Shown: positions 23,569 through 36,300 of the stretch, one piece after another
Numbering within the stretch: position 1 is the first letter of the stretch
How the letters are laid out: each line of letters opens with the position of its first letter
Source of the DNA: Ascidiella aspersa
Lineage: Eukaryota
Reading direction: 5' to 3'
DNA: 64,000 nucleotides
Assembly: GCA_963924565.1 (NCBI GenBank)
Contig: OZ004613.1
Coordinates: forward strand, 15,934,001-15,998,000
The notes under the pieces: generated by a model
What the model was told of the DNA's origin: nothing
What the model saw: only the letters and a program-made list of their open reading frames with translations
Database searches by the model: none
Position numbers and translations under genes: made by a program

Positions 23569-26500
23569 TCTAGAAGATCAAGCATACTTATAAGCTCTGG
23601 CACCAGGGCGGAACCTGGACAAGTTGTTAAAGTAACTTCAATTAACTGGTTTGACTTTTGCCTTACATAAGAAGTGGTAGATATATGCCTATTCATACTA
23701 TGTTTTCTAAGTTATTTGTACGATGCGGGCCTAATATAGTTTTTTTCTGCGCCGCTGTTAGCAATATGATCTAAAGTTCATCGGGCGCCTTAATTTATCT
23801 CCTCGAGAAGGAACTTTTTTATCAATTCAAAACGATATACAAGAAAAAGCCGATAATTTTTTTAAAAGAAAATAAATTAATTGAAAAATACGCTTTGGCA
23901 CCTTTTCCCTAAATGTATTTAAAGACCTAAATCGTATAATTTTAACAACACGTTTATGTATTGGTTTCTTATTTGAAATCGAAAATTTAAGTTTTCCCAA
24001 TTTAAAATAAATATAGGCTATTTTTGTCAGGTCTCGCACGATTAGATTGCATTTTATCTGCGTATTTGCGCTCGTGTTCACTATAGAGAACAGCATGTGT
24101 TTTTAAGATTAAGACTTAACATCATTACGTACCTTTGTGACACACATACACAGGTATGGTAATTGCTAAATACTCAGTCTAAATGAGTGAATTTATCCGA
24201 TCATCCAAATACTGTAGAAAATCTCTTTTTTGTCGAGGATAGCGTTTTATCTATTGCAAGTCTGTTCAACAATAAACACGAAGAAAAAAAGCACCGCTCT
24301 GCCCCAAACACGTCGCCAACCGCGCGCCAAGCTGGCTCTTACCCCAAGAGTCAAAACGTGTCAGGTTGTTGATAAACGCGATCGCTTCATCGCATTTTCG
24401 GCTTCCAGACTTATAAAGATAAGGCCCTTTGGGATCGCTTTTGTACCGTAAACCGAACTGCGGTTGCCCTGGGATGTTGTCGCGGTCGTTCATCGACGCA
24501 TAGCGCCACGATTTCTGTTGTCAGTTGAAGGGATCGGGTTTAGTTATTGTTTATGCGACTGTGCTTGCTCGCAAAAACATGACGATCCACAGCGGCTATC
24601 TCTAATCCGCTCTGCGTAAAGTTACCCCCGTGTAAACGATATTGGCGGCAGTCACACGGAAAGAAAGTATTTTCGCAGATTCTCTGACTCATGTCACGTC
24701 GCTCGAAATATTTGTATATCTGTCCTATAGTTATATGCATGCTGCTTGTATATTTGTCTTCAATTGTTGATGTTCGATACATAAAATAGATTCTTTCTGT
24801 AATAAGAAAGTACAAAGTAACCATATTTAACAAATTGTTATTTGATTTACACTTGATCAACGGAATTAAAAAATCCGTAAATATTCTGTTGCTACCAGAC
24901 ATAGTATATACTAAAATGAAGTTTTTCCGGTACTAATTTGTTTTATCCCTCTACTTATCCAAGATGGCCAAAAAAATAAAAAAATAAGTCCATTAACATT
25001 TTTTTATTTGTCCCGGCAGATATATATACCAGGCACGCCGCCAAACGACGTCAATCATATTCTTTTTTTCAGGGCATTTCGCTTATTAAAGTACATTCAC
25101 AGTTTAACGAAGCAAATCGAGCGATTGCCCAACGCAGTGCGATTACGTTACGTAAGCGCCACAAGGCGTCATCGCAACACGGACGATCCGCTAAGCGTGT
25201 CATTAGATTGGCTACATCGAGTTTGGAAGGTAAGACTCCAGTCACGCTCAGTCCTATTTCGATCGGCGCACTGCCATATCACCGACCAGAATATCACGAC
25301 TATGTTTTAAAACCACCCGTAGCCGAATTTTAGCCCGCTTGAAGCGTCTGTCAATGAATTCGTGTCAAACAAACACCTGGTCAAGTGGACTTTACCGCTT
25401 TTCGCATCCGTGTGGCGTTAAGTTCAGAAATCGTGACCAAGGCTTTAACACAAAGTGTGAATAACAAGTGGATAATGGATAAATATCTATATTTGCTTCC
25501 ACTCAAGTAACGCTTATTTTAAGCGTCAAGCTTTGTATGCCTCAACGTTTTTGCTGAAAATTATTGCGTTATTTAACGTCTCAAATGGTACTTTATCGTT
25601 TCATGCAAATATTTTAACTAGTACATGTTTTGCAAATACTTTACTCCGTAAGTATTGATTAACCGGTAGAGTGCGCTATACAGTTGCTTGATATTGTCAT
25701 CGCCTGTTGGCCGTTTGTCTTCAAGAAAATGTTGATAACGTGTAACAAAACTACTTTTTTATCGCTTTTTACGTCGTTATATTGCAAATTACTAGAAATG
25801 CTTGACGAGTGTAGTTTATCATATACGCTCTAAAAGTAAATTTGAAATAATAAAAAACTATATTCTACAAAATCACTTTTATTTAGTTAAAATTCGCTTT
25901 GCTTTTATTTAGTTAAACAAGTGTCGCTTTGCAGTTCTTTACGTGCGATCGTTAAGCGTTAGGGGAATATTTGTCATTTACTTACACCTATATAGTTTTC
26001 ACATCTAACCATCAACACTTTTCTTACATTGCCAATAAGTGGAATTATCATGTCCGCCTAAACAAAGGTAGAAACAAATCGCCTTTGAATGGAATTGCTA
26101 TAAATAAAACTTCTCGGCAAAGTAAAAATTTATGAATTTTAGAAGGTTGGTGTAGGTTTTTCGTTATAATCGGGCTGCATTGTGTGCACCTTATAATGGT
26201 GTTAAATTGATTTTAGGAATCCCAATTAATGGGTGTCAGAATGAAAAAACTTGATACCACTGAGACTGTGCGATGCGGAAAACTATTTACGCCATTTTTA
26301 ACGCTCTCATCGCCGAAAAACAATAGGGTTTTTTTTCACGCTTTTCCTATATAGGCCGATACTTTAGCACACGATTTTTGCAAATTATACGCGTCTTCTT
26401 GAAGCTTGTAATAACAAAGAAGTGTAAAACAGATGAGGCCACTACCAAACGCATTCATCACAAGGTGACATCCATCAAATACTAGAAAAGAATAACGCTG

Positions 26501-29389
26501 GTTGTAAGTTTAGGATATTGTTTTTTTTCATCAAAACGCAATAAAATTTTGCTATTTTTGCAAAACAATTAAAAAGAGCAAAAAATGTCCGAATATACTG
26601 AATAACTACAACTGTCCAATGTTCACAGTATTATTTTTAATAATCTAAATGAGTAAAGGCACCCTTACAGAAAGCAGCAAAAGAGTAATTTGAACGTTTA
26701 GTAAAATGTTATTCTTGTAACAATTAGAAGCGGTAATAATAAGACAATGTTATATACTTTCTGTGCACCAATTAAAAGGTAAGTTAATTTATATTATTTT
26801 AATAACTATAAGTTATACATAAATATTGTTTAACGTCTAACTCGTATTCTAGATTTAGTTTTTATTCAGAAATGGGAAAAACGAAACTTAAAAATGTATA
26901 GAAATAAACTATGCTGTTAGTATATATCTTTTTTCTCAAAATGTCTTGTGCATCGCCGATTTGAAGACATTGGTGTTCTCTGTTGATTTTAAGCTGTATC
27001 GCAGCGCAACAATGTTAATGGTGATTACTGATTACGTTGTGACGTACAACAGCGTCGACCGTGTGGGCGTGACTCATAACCTACCGCATTTTCTATTCTA
27101 TTGTTTACAAACAATACGTGTGCTGGGTCGAATATTTTAATTTTACGAACATTTGTACGATCATATTCAATTGAACTTGGAGGCGGGCTTGCCTCCCACT
27201 CAACCCTCGCTAATTTAGCCAACCTGGAGGTGCGCCTTTGGTGTTGCACTTCACAGGCGAGCCAGATGATTACGTCATATTACGAACAAGGTTACCGTCT
27301 ACTGATGTCTCTGCAAATGCACTTGTTTAAAGTGGTTCGCGGTTTTACGCGTAAATATGATAAATAGGTGAGACATGAATCCCAACACGTTACATGAGTC
27401 TTCGGAAAGCTTTTACTTGGTTGATATGACGCGCGGGGTTTTACGTGAGCAATTTTGCATTACCTGAAAATGTTTGACCTAAGTGCGAAAAAGTTTGCAA
27501 GATTCGACAAGTTTTATGTAACAAAATATTTTGTAAACTCTATGCCAATCAAACCAAAGTCAACTTGAAAAATAAAGCATGAAAAACACCTCACATGCTT
27601 TAAAAGGGAATTAAATTGATATTTAAACATTATGTTAAATTAAAAATTGACATTTAAACATTATAAACTTGTGCCACAAAAACGATCTTAATTTGCATTT
27701 TCCACGGGTTGTACAACGGTCTAGTGTGGCTTTAAAGTTCACCTCAGGCGGACAACAGATTGGTGATGCCCGAGGCAAACAAACTTTGAATGTGACGCTC
27801 AGGACTTTTTTAAGAATTTTTTTAATTTTTCAAGTAAAATAGTCAACGAAAATTCAGTGCATTGGTAGTCGTGACAAATCATTCAATCATGTACAACTGC
27901 TGGTATTTAAAGCATAAAATATGTCTTGTAAACTTTCAGAATCATCGTACTCGCACGTATAAAACAAATTAATAAACATAATTAATAACATATTTGAATG
28001 GATAAACCATCATCAGATTACCCTTTCGAATTTGTTAAAGCTTACATTAAGTTAGCACTCGGTGTTTTGGTAAAGAATTTTAATTTTATTTTCATGGAAA
28101 ATATGTTCGCAATGAGCGAAGTTTAGAGTGGCGGGAAGAAACAAACGCCCGAACAATTTTGCCGCCAATTATTGACGCATAATTGAATGTTTGACTTAAT
28201 TTCGTCAATTTGCCAGTTCGCCATCCCTCGACGATCGTCACGTTTTGGTGTTCTTGGGCGGTTCGTTCGATCGAGAAAACTGGTCACGTTTAGGCGTCCG
28301 CAGGCGAATTAATTCCGAGCGATTTAATGAGCGTTGCCTCCGAACGAAGCCGGCGTCGCGCGCCAGTCATTATCGTATGATTCACCGTGCGACGATGACG
28401 ATTTTGAGGTCTCCGTCCATCTGTGGCAGTGAAACCTAGTCCAACTAAGGGACAACTGTTCGGATTGTCTAGCTAAGAAAGTAAGCCAGGCAGATAATAC
28501 TGTTGTTAAATTCGTTTTAAAAATGGTAGGCCTACCGTATATTCCGTAGCCACGTTGCTAATTTCAACAATTTTTTGGGTACGATAAGATTTTGTCAGCT
28601 CAATAAAGGCAAAGGTTTAACAAACCAGAAAAGTAAAAGTTACAGGAAATGTTTTTAAAGCCTTTTTTTCACGTGTGTTCATAACATTTTTGTACATTTT
28701 CCGTTAACATTTTTTTTTCAAGCTGTTGTTTTCATCTAAACAGCAAATTTTTTCTTGACTTTAGTGGCACCGATACAGTGAAGTTTACCTTTCGAAGTCT
28801 AAAAGTAAAGCTATTCAAGCATAATCCCTAATATTGTTAGTTTTGCGGATTTTATGTTTAATTAAATATTTACTGGAAAATTTTATTTGCGTACTGTTTA
28901 ACATAAATTAGGCTGTCCAGAATTTAGACGCTTTTAGAAGAATTGTATAATTTTATACAGCTTTGGTTAAGCTCTTATGGTATTTGTCTTCATTGTATGC
29001 CGATTCAAATCCGTGACGCTGTTCTATCAGGAATGTGGATTTGTGTCGTTGACTTTTTGTTTTGGATTATATCGTTGATTTTTTAACGTTATTTCGTTTT
29101 AAGTAGCCTACATAATAGAGATCAAACGTCAAAAAAGCAAACACATAATATCACCTATTATTTATCAACCATACCTACAGGGAAATAATCTATATTACCA
29201 TAGCCTAGTATTAAGACAAACGGCGTAAAGCCGACATATTAGGTTATAAACAACTGTAATACACAACCCCAAACTACAGCCCTCATTACTGCCTTCATAA
29301 ACAACCCATCGTTAACCAACTTCTAGCCCCACCCCATTACACAGTCCAAACCTTAACTACAATTCGCCACTTAAACGGATCATTTAAAC

Positions 29390-30247
29390 CAGCGGTTCCC
29401 AAACTAGGGTCCGCGGACCAAATGGGGTCCGTACAGCAGTTTCAGAGGGTCCACAAGGAGAATTAGTCTTTTAAGTTTTCAAACATTAGTCTATGTTTTA
29501 AACATTATCTGTCATCTTTATTGTTTTAGTTATGCTTTATTATTCGATCATATAGTGTGTTTTATGATGTCTATTGTGACATCATGAAGCATCTATTATG
29601 TTGTACTACCTGCTATCAGCGAATTGTTCACATTAGTTAGAACAGGGTGGTCCAAACCCAGTTGCAATTTCAGCCAAATTGATCTGGTTAATTAAACATT
29701 TTTGCGCGAAATGATAACGTCTTTGTAATTTAGCGATTGGGGAGTATGCAACATCTATTTTAAGCGAACATTCTACGCTTATAAAATGCAGTCTTCTGAT
29801 TAAAATTTTTGTCAAATACGCAAATTTTTTGCGCTTCGCGCACACCAGTTTTCCCAGTCTCATAACATTCGATTTTATTTGCGCACAAGTTCGACGACAG
29901 AAGCAAGTTTCTGGAGCGTATCCGTCTTTCGATGCTACTTTGTGATGTTATCTTTAAACATTTCATGCCTCAACCAAACGAAAAACGTTGATCCGCTCCT
30001 GGTACGCATTTAGCCTACTTTATGTGGCCCGCAAAGAATATGCAAGAAATATTGTGGCCCGCGATGCAGTCAACCGTGGACCACCCTGAGTTAGAAGGTT
30101 GTTACATTCAAAAGAATCGTGACTGCACTAGTGTACTACAAGAAATATGGGTCAACTGACCCTTGAAACTTTATAGGGCCGCGAAATATCAAAATAATTG
30201 CAACGGATCCGCCAGGCAAAATTTTTAGAAAAGTTTGGGAACCGCTG
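29390..30247. mobile_element. hAT-type MITE hosting a nested MITE
   Basis: TIR CAGCGGTTCCCAAACT; TSD ATTTAAAC/ATTTAAAT. Confidence 0.85.
29643..30088. mobile_element. hAT-type MITE (446 bp)
   Basis: TIR CAGGGTGGTCCA; perfect TSD AGTTAGAA. Confidence 0.9.
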
Positions 30248-30649
30248 ATTTAAATCATGGTGTTCAAATAGCGATCAGCGACGTCCAATGCCCCCCTTAC
30301 CTTAATAGTTAATATTAGGCAATTTAGGACTCATTCTGACGGGTTTTAGTTTATTCCGATATAGCTCTTATAATATTTAAATTGCTCCGAAACCGTAACT
30401 GAACTGAATACTAAAAAAATCGTAAACTTGAACCGAAATTGGACTGGATAAGTCAAACGGTTTGACACCATGATAATTAGCGTATTACAAAACTTATATT
30501 TATAGTAAAAAATATCGTGAATAACCTTTCATTCTGATGCCAATGTGCTTCATCTTTATGGGAAGAAAAAGTGCTACCGGTACTAGAATTAAGACCTGCC
30601 AATTACACGGTGTCATTGTCTGTAAAAATAGCATAACGCATATTCTAGA

Positions 30650-31024
30650 CCGGTGGTCTCAAACCTTTTTATTATACGACCCTAAATTACATAGCCTATA
30701 AAAAGAAGTCAGCATTTACATGCGACCCCAATTTGTTTTTTAATAAGTAATAGTTTAGCTTATTATACGAGCGATTAAATATTACGCTTAGCTTAGGATA
30801 TATAGGCTACAATTTCAGAGAATTGTGGCTATACACATGTGTAATGAAATGAGAAGTTTAAATTAACACATGGATTTAAAGATAACGTATGAATTTTATA
30901 GCACTCATTTAAACCCCGAGCGCAATGAAATCACTAAACTGCAGGAATTGGCTAGTTATGACGACCCCAGAATAGGTTTAGCCGACCCCACATTGGGTCG
31001 CGACCCATAGGTTGGAGACCACTG
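30650..31024. mobile_element. Probable hAT-type MITE
   Basis: Ends C(G/A)GTGGTCTC(A/C)AACCT; repeated subterminal CGACCC; TSD unclear. Confidence 0.65.
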
Positions 31025-31739
31025 CTCTGTAGAAGTGGTGACCAATAAATAGCTTAGGCGTGAACATTGGCGCTGCACATGTGGCGCACTATACCCAGGA
31101 ACAAAACATCACAAACGTATGTCTGCTCATAAATGAATGATAGTACTCGATATCTAGAAAAAAGTACAACATGAATTAAAGTAACTCAAACGTTACACCG
31201 AGATTAATTATAAAGTTTACCATAGCAATAAGTTTTAATCATAGCCTAGTTATTGGTGCATGTAGGCCTACAGTAGTTCTGTTAGTCATCTTATTCAAAC
31301 AATATTCCAATATAGGCCTAGGCCTACATGATATGTGTAAATCTATTATACCAATATGACCATATTTAAAGAACTGGAAGCAAGTAAAAGTTGGTGGGGC
31401 TCATCTGGATTATTGTAAAAAAAAATTGGTGCAGAAGAAACGAAAGGTTGCTCATCCTTGTTCCCCGGCCCTAAACGTGAAGTTAATGCGGCATAAAAAT
31501 TTACATATTAGCTTTCAAGGTCGCTGCTGTGCGCAACAACATGCTCATATACGAAATGTGCTGCGCCTACATGTTGAGACTACGTGCGAAACCGCTACAA
31601 TGCTAACATTCAGCTAAAATGAATTTTATTTGACCAGGCTTTTCTAGCTTACACTTATAAATGATGTTCCGCAGGTCATGTTTGTTGTCACGTTTAAAAC
31701 ATCTACTATTATTCACCAACATTACCTTTCTAAGATGAC

Positions 31740-32180
31740 ATACGGTAGGGGAATTTTTTTTTCGCTGCTATTCTCACACGTAAACCTTGTCTTCAGACTT
31801 TTTGACGAGTACCTGAAACTTCTTTCCACGGCGAAATAAATCTTAGGTTTCTTTATGCCTCGCGCGACGAGCCGCCAAGAGAAAGGGAACTGTTTTTCGC
31901 AACCCGCAAACGAATTTGTATGCAAATGAACTGTGTTGTAATCAGCCCGACTAGCAAAAGCCTGACTCAGAAAGGTTCTTAGTTTCACAGTGCACGGTTC
32001 CTATTATTGTATTTGTTCAACCGAAATGCCTTTGATTTGAGGGATTGTCAGTCGTCAGGGCTACTTCTACCTGCTTGGAACTGTTTCCAATTTTTGTATT
32101 AAGTTCTCGAGATATAAGTTTAGGAGGTCGAAAATATATTATTGATATTGTTTTGCCACAAAAGCGAAACAAACACAAAA
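31740..32180 (+). promoter_or_regulatory. Candidate proximal regulatory region of ZC3H12
   Basis: CpG-rich block just before the CpG-poor gene body. Octamer ATGCAAAT 31920-31927, AP-1 TGACTCA 31963-31969, IRF-like AAAAGCGAAAC ~32160, kB-like GGGGAATTTT 31748. Motif matches only. Confidence 0.35.
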
Positions 32181-32684
32181 GATATAAAAGTTTGTGAGCA
32201 GGGCCAAAATCTAGTGGTTTATTTTGTGTTATGTGGTATGATTACTGATAAGTAGTTTGGTAAAATCCATAAAGTACAATTAGTCATAAAATTTGTATAT
32301 GAAGTACCTTTGTCACAATATGTTACAGTTGTTTGGTATATAAGCTTTTCATGCTGGTTTAACTCTGTCAAAATACAATTGGTGTTTACACATGACCTAT
32401 ATAAATGTATGAAATATATGTATATAAACACAGTGATATATTAAGCCAATTTTGTAAAACGATGTAAAAAGTATGGATTTAAATTAACCCAACTGTTAAT
32501 AGCTCATTCAAAAAAAAAATCATGGCCAACAACTGATGTAACCTAATAGTTATGAACAAGTTCTATGAATAAATACATTGTTTTTGTGTTTATTATCAGA
32601 TGCAGTCGCATCTAGGTCAAATAAAATATATTTACTGTATCTTGTTTGTAATATAATGCCTCAATTTTTACAACTGCAAAAGAT

Positions 32685-33392
32685 ATGGATGTAAAAGTTT
32701 CTTCTGCCAACGAGGCAAGAACTGTCAGTGTGTCCAGTACAGCACATATTCCGCTTCTGTCAAATGAGACCAAATCCAGTGCAGAAAGAAACTCTGACAG
32801 TGGATATCACAGTTGGAGCAGTATTGAATGTCAATCCAGCAAGAATTTGACTGATCGTTCCAACATGCAGTCAGTTGCTAGTGGTCTGGACCAGGCTGAA
32901 AAGAGTTGTCTAAATGGCTCAACTCCATTTTCTGACCCCAGCTATAGTAGTGCATGCCTTAAAGATCAAACAATGGATAAAGTTGTTTTTTCTCATGCTA
33001 ATGCACATTGTAACCACAATGTTTGCAACTATAGCAGAGAGTCACACAAGCGGCTGTCAGATGTTGACAACAATGCAAATGTTATATCAAAGATTAATGA
33101 GAGTGGCAATATGACAATGAATTCACATTCAGAACATTGTATTGTGACTACCTGCTGTGGCTGCTTATCATTTACTAACAGTACATCCTCAATTGTGCAA
33201 TCAACGTCTCGTTCCTCGGTACCTTTTCATCATCCTAATTATCAACCACAAACACAAACACTGTTTTCTCATTCATCCCAAGAAGCAATGTCAAACGTTT
33301 TAGAAAATTCGAAAGATAATCTTCAGAGTGAAGCTCAAGATTTGGCGATGAAAATTGAGTTTTGTCTGAAGTTTGGTTACACTACTAGCCAG
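32685..33392 (+). CDS. ZC3H12: ZC3H12 coding exon 1
   Basis: ATG with in-frame TAA upstream (32649-32651); ends KFGYTTSQ|gtatgg. Confidence 0.88.
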
Positions 33393-36300
33393 GTATGGAA
33401 AAAATAATAAGTATATCTTTGTTGTTTGTATTTTAAGTTAACACTAAAACTGATTATGTACTAAGATTATTTGTATTTTATATACAGATTCGATCAGTCA
33501 TATCCAAAATAAGCTATAAAGCAACCAAAAATGACATCATTCAGGAGCTTTTTAATGTTTCATCTGTTGAAAATGGCACCTTGCGATCATCTGGACAAAT
33601 GCCACTTACAGACTTGCAATATAGCTATAATCAGGATGTAAACCATGCAAAGGTTTGTGAATTTCTATAACTTGATTTCTGATTTGTTGATCTTTATTTT
33701 ATACATAAATATTGTTCAACTCAAACTGTTTTAATTAGACTGACCCAAAATATGAAAAGTTTGTTGGAAGAGGAATTTCTCCTTCATCTCAAGATATTTA
33801 CCAGTCAAGAGGCCCTCTGTCTCTTGATGAAACCAAAGAGCCTCCCAAGCAAGTTGAAGATGATAGTCTAAATTTAAGACCTATTGTCATTGATGGAAGC
33901 AACGTTGCCATGAGGTTTGTTCTTATTTTTTTGCAAAGAATTATTATTATTTATTTTTGCAAGAATTATTATTATTCAGATAATGATATTTTGTTTTGCT
34001 TTTTAAGCCATGGGAACAAGCAATATTTCTCTTGCAAAGGAATTCTCCTTGCTGTGGACTATTTTCGAAGTCGTAACCACCGAGATATTACTGTTTTTAT
34101 CCCAGCTTATAGAAAAGAGTCTCCAAGGCCTGATGCTCCTATTCAAGGTATATATATTTTGGCAAAACAATTTAATAAGGCTTGCAACTAGTGATCCTCT
34201 TTCATCCAAGTAGTTTTATACTGAGCAAATATATGTTTTAAGGCGGAGCACTAAATTGAACTTAAACTGTGCCCAAAATAATGTATTTTTACATTTAAAA
34301 TTAGAATAATGCATGTTGTGCACAGTAAATAAATTTTACAAATACTCCGGTGGTAATGCTTTTGTGCATGTCATATCACATGTAACTTATATTTAAAAGT
34401 AAAAAATTTACTTTGGTATGTAAAATTCTGTTGTAGCGTTATCTATATGGGGTTTTCCAAGCTTTGGATTGAAACGCTTATCAACATGAATTGCTTTCCT
34501 CGCCGTTTCATTCGTTATGCCTACTTTAGTAGGCTGTATTGTTTGTCTGGGGAAAGCCCTGTAGCGTGCTGTACATTTTGTGTTTGCGCCTGCTATGGGT
34601 GTTCTGGAATTTGTCCCCTGTCACTTTACACCATCAAGACAATAAGCCGTAATTTATCCAGTTGTTTGAATATGTTTTATAGGTATTTTGCTGTTTTTTA
34701 ATATGTAGCGCCACGACCCTAGCTGTATGTAAAATCACGATAACTGAGGTCAATCTGACATGTCCAAAGTCGAATTAAAACGTGGCGTATATGAACTTAT
34801 ACACTTTTACCGTTCTTTTAGAAAGGGAAATACTGGACAAGCTTGAAAAAGAGCGTATTCTTGTGTACACGCCATCGCGTTGCATTAACGGCATACGGGT
34901 GACGTGCTACGACGACCGCTTTATTCTGCGTTTGGCCGAAGAAACCGACGGTGTTGTTGTGAGCAACGATAACTTCAGGGACCTTCAGAATGAAAAGCCA
35001 CAGTGGAAGGAATTGATCGAAAAGCGACTGCTAATGTATTCCTTTGTCAACGATAGGTAAATGCTACTATCGCAAAATTAATCACTTGGAACGTCGTCGA
35101 CACCGTCGTGGTCGCTTTAACGCACATAAACATTCGCTGTTTGTTTATTTATACTAAAAGTGTCATCAGTGTAATATATTAATTTACCACTTGTAGTTTT
35201 AACCGCGTGCAAAATTAACAATTTTTTTTGTTACTCAGATTTATGCCACCCGATGACCCACTTGGGAGAAATGGACCTAGCATTGACAATTTCCTTCGTA
35301 AGAGGCCCGCTTGCGAAGAACAGATAAAACCGCAATGCCCTTATGGTAAGATGTGGTGAAGTGCCGCAAAACTAGTTAAAATACAAAAAACACTTTATTT
35401 GCGTTGGTTTTTGAACCGTTATTTTAGATCGCGACGTGGTTTGTGATAAAGTTCTGATTGACTTATTTCTACACGTCAATTTTTATTACGGTTGTTTTTT
35501 TGCTATGGCTTTTACTTCATATGCATTGCGGACTGCAGTCTATATAAATTTTGACCAGTGTTACACTCTTTATCTATCAGGCAAAAAGTGTACATACGGG
35601 AAAAAGTGCAAATTTTTTCACCCTGAATGTTCATTTTCTCAAAAGTCGGTCACGGATCAATTAAAGGAAAAATCTGAGAAGCGGAAAAAGGCGTCTATGG
35701 AAGCTGAAAATCTTGCAGAGGAGTTTCTCAAATCTCAGCCTCATAGGGATACTGTCAGCAATTTGGGCCCACGCAAGAATGTGAGTGTTATTTTAGCTTT
35801 TCCCATGACATTTCGCTGTAAAAGGTAGAAAAATACTAAGAACCGCGACTTATTTTAAATACACAGGAAACGCCAACCATGCTTCCTGGAAGTGACGGGA
35901 TCAAGCCTAAGGATGGCGAAATGATGAACGACCTCAGTTCCGGATCCTCAACCAGTAGCTCAGGCCGTTTGCCGACATTCCATTCAGCATCCTCGCAAGC
36001 CAATCATGGACAGCGCCTTACGGGTGGCAACGTGCAACCCTATCATGGGCACCATAACAGCGGCTACCAGTGGCCGGTCATGGGCCATCCCGACCCCAAC
36101 CGGCAACAATATGCACACAATAGCGACGGTGGGTTAAGCGATGCCTTCAAACAAATGGCGATGTCAAACAACTCGCCTCACCACGTACAGAACATGCACG
36201 GCAATAACAACCCGTACAATACCATGCACCGTGTGGTGGACGCACAGATGATGCAACAACACCATCAGCAACAACAGCAACAACCCTATTCTAACCCACC

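Noticed and set aside
35504-35565. miR-135-like string TATGGCTTTTACTTCATATG in ZC3H12 intron 6
   Set aside because: No complementary arm to form a pre-miRNA hairpin.
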